Part shown: in pieces, positions 20,207-29,229 of the stretch | Layout of the letters: the number at the start of each line of letters is the position of its first letter | Numbering within the stretch: the stretch's first letter is position 1 | Source of the DNA: Octopus sinensis | Taxonomy: Eukaryota | Direction: 5' to 3' | DNA: 30,882 nucleotides | Assembly (NCBI RefSeq): GCF_006345805.1 | Contig: NW_021832359.1 | Span: forward strand, 1 to 30,882 | Made by a program: the position numbers and the translations under genes | Notes under the pieces: generated by a model | The model's database searches: none | What the model saw: only the letters and a program-made list of their open reading frames with translations | What the model was told of the DNA's origin: nothing

Positions 20207-23200
20207 CAGAGTGCAGCCTCAGTAGGTGAGTGTAGATTGAGTAGATGCTGGTCTAATTTGAGTGGAATAATGCACCGTGGATAGTAGAGTGCAGCCTCAA
20301 CATGTGAGTGCAGCTTGAGTAGCTGCTTGAATAATTTGAGTAGGACGTTGCACTATGAACAGCAGAGGGCAACCTCAAAATGTGAGTGTAGCTTGAGTAG
20401 CTGCTGCTCTGGTTTGAGTAGAACATTGCAACAGGGATAGCAGAGTGCAGCTTCAATATGTGAGTGCAGTTTGAGTAGCTGTTAGAGTAGAATATTGCAC
20501 CATGGACAGCAGAGTGCAACCTCGATATGTGAGTGCAGCTTGAGTAGTTGCTGCTCTGATTTGAGTAGAACATTGCAACAGGGATAGCAGAGTGCAACCT
20601 CAATATGTGAGTGCAGCTTGAGTAGCTGTTAGAGTAGAATATTACACCACGGACAGCAGAGTGCAACCACAATATGTGAGTGTAGCTTGAGTAGCTGTTA
20701 GAGTAGAATATTACACCATGGAGGCAGAGTGCAACCTCAATATGTGAGTGCAGCTTGAGTAGCTGCTGCCCTGATTTGAGTAGAACATTGCAACAGGGAT
20801 AGCAGAGTGCAGCCTCAATATGTGAGTGCAGCTTCAGTAACTGCTGCCCAGATTTGAGTAGAACATTGCAACAGGGATAGCAGAGTGCAGCCTCAATATG
20901 TGAGTGCAGCTTGAGTAGCTGTTAGAGTAGAATATTACACCATGGACAGCAGAGTGCAACCTCAATATTTGAGTGCAGCTTGAGTAGCTGTTAGAGTAGA
21001 ATATTACACCACGGACAGCAGAGTGCAACTTCAATATGCTGAGTGCAGCTTGAGTAACTGTTAGAGTAGAATATTACACCATGGAAGCAGAGTGCAACCT
21101 CAATATGTGAGTGCAGCTTGAGTAGCTGCTGCCCTGATTTGAGTAGAACATTGCAACAGGGATAGCAGAGTGCAGCCTCAATATGTGAGTGCAGCTTGAG
21201 TAGCTATTAGAGTAGAATATTACACCACGGACAGCAGAGTGCAACCTCAATATGTGAGTGCGACTTGAGTAGCTGTTAGAGTAGAATATTACACCATGGA
21301 CAGCAGAGTGCAACTTCAATATGTGAGTGCAGCTTGAGTAGCTGTTAGAGTAGAATATTACACCATGTAAGCAGAGTGCAACCTCAATATGTGAGTGCAG
21401 CTTGAGTAGCTGCTGCCCTGATTTGAGTAGAACATTGCAACAGGGATAGCAGAGTGCAGCCTCAATATGTGAGTGTAGTTTGAGTAGTTGCTGCTCTGAT
21501 TTGAGAAGAACATTGCAACAGGGATAGCAGAGTGCAGCCTCAATATGTGAGTGCAGCTTGAGTAGCTGCTGCCCTGATTTGAGTAGAACATTGCAATAGG
21601 GATAGCAGAGTGCAGCCTCAATATGTGAGTGCGAGCTTGAGTAGCTGTTAGAGTAGAATATTACACCATGGAAGCAGAGTGCAACCACAATATGTGAGTG
21701 CAGCTTGAGTAGCTGTTAGAGTAGAATATTACACCACGGACAGCAGAGTGCAACCTCAATATGTGAGTGCAGCTTGAGTAGCTGCTGCCCTGATTTGAGT
21801 AGAACATTGCAACAGGGATAGCAGAGTGCAGCCTCAATATGTGAGTGCAGATTGAGTAGTTGCTGCTCTGATTTGAGAACATTGCAACAGGGATAGCAGA
21901 GTGCAGCCTCAATATGTGAGTGCAGCTTGAATAGTTGCTGCCCTGATTTGAGTAGAACATTGCAACAGAGATAGCAGAGTGCAGCCTCAATATGTGAGTG
22001 CAGCTTGAGTAGCTGTTAGAGTAGAATATTACACCACGGACAGCAGAGTGCAACCTCAATATGTGAGTGCAGCTTGAGTAGTTGCTGCCCTGATTTGAGT
22101 AGAACATTGCCACAGAGATAACAGAGTGCAGCCTCAATATGTGAGTGCAGCTTGAGTAGCTGTTAGAGTAGAATATTACACCATGGAAGCAGAGTGCAAC
22201 CTCAATATGTGAGTGCAGCTTGAGTAGCTGTTAGAGTAGAATATTACACCATGGAAGCAGAGTGCAACCTCAATATGTGAGTGCAGCTTGAGTAGCTGTT
22301 AGTGTAGAATATTGCACCACGGACAGCAGAGTGCAACCTCAATATGTGAGTGCAGCTTGAGAAGTTGCTGCTCTGATTTGAGTAGAACATTGCAACAGGG
22401 ATAGCAGAGTGCAACCTCAATATGTGAGTGCAGCTTGAGTAGCTGTTAGAGTAGAATATTACACCACGGACAGCAGAGTGCAACCACAATATGTGAGTGC
22501 AGCTTGAGTAGCTGCTGCCCTGATTTGAGTAGAACATTGCAACAGGGATAGCAGAGTGCAACCTCAATATGTGAGTGCAGATTGAGTAGCTGCTGCCCTG
22601 ATTTGAGTAGAACATTGCAGCAGAGATAGCAGAGTGCAGCCTCAATATGTGAGTGCAGCTTGAGTAGCTGCGCCCCTGAGTTTGAGTAGAACATTGCAAC
22701 AGGAGTAGCAAGTGCAGCATCAATATGCGAGTGCAGGCTTGAGTAGCTGTTAGAGTAGAATATTACACACCATGGAAGCAGAGTGCAACCCCAATATGTG
22801 AGTGCAGCTTGAGTAGCTGCTGCCCTGATTTGAGAAGAACATTGCAACAGGGATAGCAGAGTGCAGCCTCAATATGTGAGTGCAGCTTGAGTAGCTGTTA
22901 GAGTAGAATATTACACCATGGAAGCAGAGTGCAGCCTCAATATGTGAGTGCAGCTTGAGTAGCTGCTGCCCTGATTTGAGTAGAACATTGCAACAGAGAT
23001 AGCAGAGTGCAGCCTCAATATGTGAGTGCAGCTTCAGTAACTGCTGCCCAGATTTGAGTAGAACATTGCAACAGGGATAGCAGAGTGCAACCTCAATATG
23101 TGAGTGCAGCTTGAGTAGCTGTTAGAGTAGAATATTACACCACGGACAGCAGAGTGCAACCTCAATATGTGAGTGCAGCTTGAGTAGTTGTTAGAGTAGA

Positions 23201-23340
23201 ATATTGCACCACGGACAGCAGAGTGCAACCCCAATTTGTGAGTGCAGCTTGAGTAGCTGCTGCTCTGATTTGAGTAGAACATTGCAACAGAGATAGCAGA
23301 GTGCAGCCTCAATATGTGAGTGCAGCTTGAGTATCTGCTG
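20207..23340. repeat. Complex tandem array, about 43 units of 78, 69 and 68 bp
   Basis: All units share CAGAGTGCA(G/A)CCTCAATATGTGAGTGCAGCTTGAGTAG, followed by either the 78-bp type (CTGCTGCCCTGATTTGAGTAGAACATTGCAACAGGGATAG) or the 69/68-bp type (CTGTTAGAGTAGAATATTACACCA(C/T)GGACAG or GGAAG). Confidence 0.97.
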
Positions 23341-24080
23341 CAAAACTTTTCTCACTGACGGAGCAGATGGAGCAGCAAATTTCATCTTTAGCAAACCGGA
23401 TGCATTTAGCAGGATGCACTTTGCTTGTAGGATGCAGCATCAATAGAAAGCACCACGGAAAGTTAATCGTTTGCTGTGCAGCAGAATGCACTTTTAGCAG
23501 CTGCAGAAGCAGCAGAGGCTGCAAACGAAGTTGCTACAGTCTCTGCTGCAAAATTTACACCTGTTTGAGATGTGCAGCGTCTGCTTTGCTAGCGCTACTA
23601 CTGCTTTCATTGTTGTTGTCGTTGTTGTTATAAATGCAGAAGTTGTCTGCTCCTGGGCCGGCCCTGATTTGGCCAGCATCAACCAGCAAATAATTTCCAG
23701 CCATGTTCTTCGCAGTTCTGTAAAAACAAATATTGTCTGTTGTTCTGCATTCTACATAGATAGATGTGTGAGATTTGAGGGTGGTTTAGTGACTATTTCT
23801 AACAGGTCTAGCTACCATGTAGTGGTCTCTCTCTTTGACTCATTAATGCATTTGTACATAAGACAGCAGCGTTTGATTCGAAGGAGATTTGTCTGCTATT
23901 TCTAGCCAAGCCTAGCTACCACATAGAAGTCTTCTCCTTAGGCTCACACATACACACACACATAAAGGAGTAGATTACAATTTCAGGAAGATTTGGCTAC
24001 TGTTTCTATACAAACATACATACATACATACATACACATATATATATATATATAAAATATATATCTCAATATATATATAT

Positions 24081-24292
24081 TTTCTTTTACTCTCTTTTAC
24101 TTATTTCAGTCATTTGACTGTGGCCATGCTGGAGCACTGCCTTTAGTCGAGCAAATCGACCCCAAGACTTATTCTTTGTAAGCCCAGTACTTATTCTATC
24201 GGTCTCTTTTGCCAAACCGCTAAGTGACGGGGACATAAACACACCAGCATCGGTTGTCAAGCAATGCTAGGGAGACAAACACAGACACACAA

Positions 24293-24323
<31 letters not shown>

Positions 24324-24494
24324 CATACATATATACGACAAGCTTCTTTTCAGTTTCCGTCTACCAAATCCACTCACAAGGCATTGGTCGCCCGGGGCTG
24401 TAGCAGAAGACACTTGCCCAAGGTGCCACGCAGTGGGACTGAACCCGGAACCATGTGGTTGGTTAGCAAGGTACTTACCACACAGCCACTCCTG
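24081..24494 (-). mobile_element. SINE family C, full length, with 38-bp TSD
   Basis: TATATATATATAAAATATATATCTCAATATATATATAT at 24043-24080 and 24500-24537. Confidence 0.92.
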
Positions 24495-24727
24495 TCCCTT
24501 ATATATATATAAAATATATATCTCAATATATATATATATATAAAATATACATACAAACACACATATATACATACCTACATTCAAACACACATGAGTAGAT
24601 AGATACATACCTACGTTCATACATAAGACAGTTGGGTGTGATTTGAGGGAGATTTGGCTGCTATTTCAAGCAGATCCAGCTACCATTTAGAGGCCAACCT
24701 TGTTGGATCTTATATACATATGTACAT

Positions 24728-25120
24728 AGGCGCAGGAGTGGCTGTGTGGTAAGTAGCTTGCTAACCAACCACATGGTTCTGGGTTCAGTCCCACTGCGTG
24801 GCACCTTGGGCAAGTGTCTTCTACTATAGCCTCGGGCCGACCAAAGCCTTGTGAGTGGATTTGGTAGGCGGAAACTGAAAGAAGCCCGTCGTATATATGT
24901 ATATATGTGTGTGTCTGTGTTTGTTTCCCTAGCATTGCTTGACAACTGATGCTGGTGTGTTTATGTCCCCGTCACGTAGCGGTTCGGCAAAAGAGACCGA
25001 TAGAATAAGTACTGGGCTTACAAAGAATAAGTCCCGGGGTCGATTTACTCGATTAAAGGCGGTGCTCCAGCATGGCTGCAGTCAAATGACTGAAACAAGT
25101 AAAAGAGTAAAAGAGTAAGA
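24728..25120 (+). mobile_element. SINE family C, full length
   Basis: Near-consensus copy, head-to-head with 24081-24494. Confidence 0.93.
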
Positions 25121-25199
25121 GAGATAAGAGAGTAGGGTGTGATTTGAGGGAGATTTGGCTGCTTTTTCTAACTGGTCAAGCTACAACGTAGAAGTACCT

Positions 25200-25267
25200 A
25201 CCTACTTACATAATACATACATGTGTCTGTGTGTGTGTATCTATGTATGTATGTACCTATCTATCTA

Positions 25268-25318
<51 letters not shown>

Positions 25319-25431
25319 TCTATCTGTCTATTTCTCTCTCTCTCTCTCTTTCTCTATCTATCTATTTATCTATCTATCTGTCTGTCTGTCTGTCTATCTA
25401 TCTTTCTATCTGTCTATTTCTCTCTCTCACT

Positions 25432-25465
<34 letters not shown>

Positions 25466-25541
25466 CTGCCTCTCCCTCTCTCTTTCTCTATCTATATATC
25501 TATCTCCCTCCCTTCTTCCCTCTCCCCCCTCCCTCCCTCCA

Positions 25542-25593
<52 letters not shown>

Positions 25594-25689
25594 CTCTCTC
25601 TCTCTATCCATCTATGTACCCCTTCTGTTCCCTCTCTGTCTGTCTGTCTCTCTCTATCTCTCTACCCCTCTCTATCTATTTACCTCTTT

Positions 25690-25725
<36 letters not shown>

Positions 25726-25735
25726 CATCAAGAAA
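25200..25735. repeat. Compound (TCTG)n/(TCTA)n/(TC)n microsatellite
   Basis: Directly visible. Confidence 0.95.
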
Positions 25736-25844
25736 TGAACTTAATGACATGGGAACAAGAACTGATCTTCCGTTTCCACTCGTCCGATGGTCTTCTAACC
25801 ATCAAGCCCTTACCATCGCTGTGCGTGAGTGAAATATCAACAAC

Positions 25845-26115
25845 AACAACAACAACAAACCTCTGTCCCTTACGACGACGAGGGTCCCAGTCGATCCGAT
25901 CAATGGAACAGCCTGCTCGTGAAGTTAACGTGCAAGTGGCTGAGTACTCCACAGACACATGTACCCTTAACGTAGCTCTCAGGGAGATTCAGCGTGACAC
26001 AGAGTGTGACAAAGCTGGCCCCCTGTGAATTACAGGTCCAACTCATTTTTGCCAGCCGAGTGGACTGGGGCAATAAAGTGAAAATAAAGTGTCTTGCTCA
26101 AGGAGACAATGTGTT
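25845..26115 (-). mobile_element. SINE family B lacking the tRNA head, (GTT)n tail
   Basis: Colinear with 1482-1725. Confidence 0.85.
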
Positions 26116-26120
26116 GTCAG

Positions 26121-26275
26121 TAGCAATAATAATAATAATAATAATAGTAGTAGTAGTAGTAGTAATGGTGGTGTGGTAATAGTAGTAGTAGCAGCAGCAG
26201 CAGTAGTAGTAGTAATAGTAGTAGTAGTGGTGGTGGTGGTGGTGGTGGTTGTGGTGGTAGTAGTAGTAGTAGTAA

Positions 26276-26319
<44 letters not shown>

Positions 26320-26387
26320 ATAGTAGTAGTAGTAGTAGTTGTGGTGGTGGTGGTGGTAGTATCAGTCATAGTTGCTGCTGCTGCTGC

Positions 26388-26424
<37 letters not shown>

Positions 26425-26500
26425 CTTCTTCTTCTTCTCCTCCTCTGCCTTCTTCTTCTTCTTCTTCTTCTTCTTCTTCTCCTCCTCCTCCTCCTCCTAC
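26121..26500. repeat. Compound trinucleotide tract (AAT, AGT, GGT, AGC, then GCT, GTT, CTT, CCT)
   Basis: Directly visible. Confidence 0.95.
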
Positions 26501-26514
26501 TCAATCAAGACAAC

Positions 26515-26725
26515 AAACTGCCAGAACCGTTGGCAAGCCGTGCAAAATGCTTAACAGTATTTCGCCCTTCTTTACGATCCGAGTTCATAATCCTCCGAGG
26601 CCTGCTTAGCCTGTCATCCTCCTGGGGTCGATGAATTAAGGACCAGTTGAGGACTGGTTGCGTTGTGCTCAACTTAGCAACTCCCTCAATATTGCTGGCT
26701 CCATACCTTTGGTAGAAAGGGTTAT
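26515..26725 (+). mobile_element. SINE family D, old copy
   Basis: CGTTGGCAAGCCGTGCAAAATGCTTAAC...GGGGTCGATGAATTAAGGACCAGTTGAG. Confidence 0.65.
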
Positions 26726-26789
26726 TATTTATGCAAGGGGTCACTGGAACCTTCCTGGCTTTGAGTCAAAGAAAACCTCTTAATCCTAA

Positions 26790-26891
26790 CGGTCAGTTTT
26801 GTTGAACCGTTAAGTTGGAGGGGGGGGGGCATGAACACACCCACATCATTGTGAAGCGATGGTGGTGGGGGACAAAGACAGACACAAACAC

Positions 26892-26900
<9 letters not shown>
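26790..26900 (-). mobile_element. 3' half of an old family C SINE
   Basis: GAACCGTTAAG...ACACACCCACATCATTGTGAAGCGATGGTGGTGGGGGACAAAGACAGACACAAACACAC, followed by (TA)n. Confidence 0.65.
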
Positions 26901-26960
<60 letters not shown>

Positions 26961-26981
26961 TACATATATATGTATATATAC

Positions 26982-27028
<47 letters not shown>

Positions 27029-27071
27029 TATATATATGTATATATATACACATATATATATATATGTATAT

Positions 27072-27143
<72 letters not shown>

Positions 27144-27179
27144 GTATATATATATATGTATGTATATATATATGTATAG

Positions 27180-27345
27180 GTTCATGTGTGACTGTATGGT
27201 AACAAGCTTGCTTCTCAACCACATGGTTCCAGGTTCAGTTCTACTGGGCGGCACCTTGGGCAAGTGTCTTCTACTATAGCCTTGGGACAACCAAAAGCCA
27301 TGTGAGCAAATCTTTGTAGACAGAAACTGAAAAAAGACCTGTCGT
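27180..27345 (+). mobile_element. 5' half of a family C SINE; inverted duplicate of 28365-28518
   Basis: Shares private variants TTCTACTGGGCGGCACC and AAAAGCCATGTGAGCA with 28365-28518. Confidence 0.8.
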
Positions 27346-27361
27346 ATATATATATATATAT

Positions 27362-27773
27362 ACTCTTTTACTCTTTTACTTGTTTCACTCATTTGACTGC
27401 GGCCATGCTGGAGCACCGCCTTTATGAGCAACTCGACCCCGGGACTTATTCTTTGTAAGCCCAGTACTTATATTATCGGTCTCTTTTTGCCGAACCGCTA
27501 AGTGACGGAGATATAAACACACCAGCATCGGTTGTCAAGCAATGCTAAGGGGACAGACACAGACACAAACATACACACACATATATATATATATTATATA
27601 TATACATATATATGATGGGCTTCTTTCAGTTTCTGCCTACCAAATCCACTCACAAGGTTTTGGTCGGCCCGAAGCTATAGTAGAAGACACTTACCCAAGA
27701 TTCCACGCAGTGGGACTGAACCCGGAACCATGTGGTTGGTAGGCAAGCTACTTACCACACAGCCACTCCTGCG

Positions 27774-27775
<2 letters not shown>
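27362..27775 (-). mobile_element. SINE family C, full length, in (TA)n
   Basis: Colinear with 24081-24494. Confidence 0.9.
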
Positions 27776-27809
<34 letters not shown>

Positions 27810-27812
<3 letters not shown>

Positions 27813-28110
27813 AATGTGGTAAATGTAAAACAGGACGCAAAGGATGTTGCAGTACATATGTTTCGGTCTTTATTGAACAACTCATTTTTATATCAATGCA
27901 TAATTGATATAACAGATAGATCAAAAGCCTTCTTCAGCCGCGTACAATTGCCACACCAAAGACTTGTATCACATTGTAACAGGTTTGAGAAAGAGTTTGA
28001 GAAAAACCGAGTTCCATTGGGAAAGTATATCCTCATAGGTGTACATGGTATTGCTAGACTGCAAAACAAATCGTCCATACCATTTTTTCACTCGATATAG
28101 AATCATATAC
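27810..28110 (-). mobile_element. (TA)n-adjacent pLTR-like element carrying a hammerhead
   Basis: Contains the motif at 27849-27941; its minus-strand 3' end abuts (TA)n. Confidence 0.55.
27849..27941 (-). ncRNA. Type I hammerhead-like ribozyme
   Basis: Minus strand: stem I GCGG/CTGC; CTGAAGA-A; stem II GGCTTTT/AAAGACC with inner TATATCAAT-TATGC-ATTGATATA hairpin; GAAA; palindromic stem III ACATATGT; GTA triplet. Confidence 0.68.
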
Positions 28111-28139
28111 AGATACATATATATATAAAATCCCCCCCA

Positions 28140-28330
28140 AAACATGAAGCAAAAGCACAACAAAAACAACAACATGATAACGTGGTACATGCAAAGTATT
28201 AAAGGACGCTCAGGGAAAGAAAGAAAGAAAGGTTGCTTAATGTTTCAAGCAGAGCTCTTCTTCAGAAACAGGTGACAGAGGAAAGTTCAAGAGAGAAGGA
28301 AGACGGAGGAAAAAAGTCACCAACAATCTA
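28140..28330 (-). mobile_element. PLE pLTR-like fragment, same family as 3962-4150
   Basis: GGACGCTCAGG(G)AAAGAA...TTAATGTTTC(A/G)AGC(A/G)GAGCTCTTC(T/A)TCAGAAACA is shared between the two. Confidence 0.6.
28235..28269 (-). ncRNA. Minimal hammerhead-like motif (decayed)
   Basis: Minus strand GTTT-CTGAAGA-A-GAGC(TCT)GCTT-GAAAC-AT-T-AAGC. Confidence 0.5.
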
Positions 28331-28364
28331 CATGTAGTTACATTTTGTGTGTGTATATATACAT

Positions 28365-28518
28365 ATGACAGTTTTTTTCAGCTTCTGTCTACAAAAATCT
28401 GCTCACATGGCTTTTGGTTGGCCCATGCTATAGTAGAAGACACTTGCCCAAGGTGCCGCCCAGTAGAACTGAACCTGGAACCATGTGGTTGGGAAGCAAG
28501 CTTCTTACACATGCACCT
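28365..28518 (-). mobile_element. 5' half of an old family C SINE
   Basis: Likely the partner of 26790-26900, separated by nested insertions in the internal microsatellite. Confidence 0.75.
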
Positions 28519-28561
28519 ATACATATTATATATATATATATATATATACATATATATATAC

Positions 28562-29195
28562 ATAAAACTATTCTTCCAAATTCTCAAATCTAATTCACTA
28601 TCTAACTTAGTTAAAATACGGTCCAAAATATATTTGCTAATAATGCCTATCTCAGATTTAGCTGGATTTATTAATCTACATTTGAGGTTTCTATTAAAAT
28701 TGGCTTTATGGTCTTATAAAGAGATGATGAGCGATGGCTAGAAGTATATTGAGTTCTTCATAACCAGCTGATCTAGCAAGCGGGGCCTCATATCAGTGAG
28801 GGGAGCTGGTGCGTATTGATGCCGTCGAGAGGTAGGCCCCGAAACGGCTCGCATTCTCTCCTGATGACCCCATGCACTTGCTAGCTTCCGATATACAGAG
28901 CTTTTAACTGGTAGCACTTCCATGTGCAAGCTGTTTGCAAGACATCTAGTGTAATAAAAGCTGGTCGTGGGGAAAGATATTCTATCCTATCGCTAATCTT
29001 AAGATTTTTAGCTATTCTTCTTGCTTCCAAATTCACCTCTTTGTATATATTTGTGTTATCTTTTTTGTATGTATCTGTGACACTATTCGAAATTAGACAC
29101 TTGTAAACGTCCTTATCAAGTGCATATAAGTTCCTTGTCTTATCGGAATTAACGAAGATGTTACTTGAGTTATTAATCTCCTTAATTTTTTTCTT
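28562..29195 (-). pseudogene. Second PLE RT fragment (N-terminal RT region), split by a ~235-bp insert
   Basis: IKEINNSSNIFVNSDKTRNLYALDKDVYKCLISNSVTDTYKK...NLEARRIAKNLKISDRIEYLSPRPAFITL | insert 28716-28950 | *DHKANFNRNLKCRLINPAKSEIGIISKYILDRI..WKNS. Confidence 0.88.
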
Positions 29196-29229
29196 TCATA
29201 TTACTCTACCCCTGGCATTTGAGTACTCT

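Larger units (their letters stand above)
23765..25195 (-). repeat. Cluster of 5 family F short repeats, all minus strand
   Basis: Copies near 23765, 23860, 23965, 24625 and 25130 (GTGTGATTTGAGGGAGATTTGGCTGCTATTTC). Confidence 0.7.

Noticed and set aside
21372-21688. C2H2 zinc-finger array interpretation of the 26-aa unit
   Set aside because: The unit is 26 not 28 aa, spacing is CxxC-x14-HxH, and there is no TGEKP linker or conserved Phe.
20253-23312. The YSSCTHILRLHSA frame as the real protein
   Set aside because: It gives the longest ORFs, but common unit variants are mostly non-synonymous or nonsense in this frame, and the 68-bp units break it.
20207-23340. CRISPR array
   Set aside because: No unique spacers, no cas genes, eukaryotic context; the variable part has only two or three states.
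20207-23340. GTGAGT in every unit as an array of 5' splice sites
   Set aside because: The exonic side (AT) is poor and the hexamer overlaps the conserved GAGTGCA core; no independent support.
27732-28100. 122-aa plus-strand ORF as a host protein
   Set aside because: It starts in a SINE, crosses (TA)n, and overlaps a minus-strand hammerhead element that explains the sequence.
28825-28875. Permuted hammerhead from CCCCGAAAC...CTGATGACCCC
   Set aside because: Stem II strands (CCCC and CCCC) cannot pair, and no stem I or III forms.
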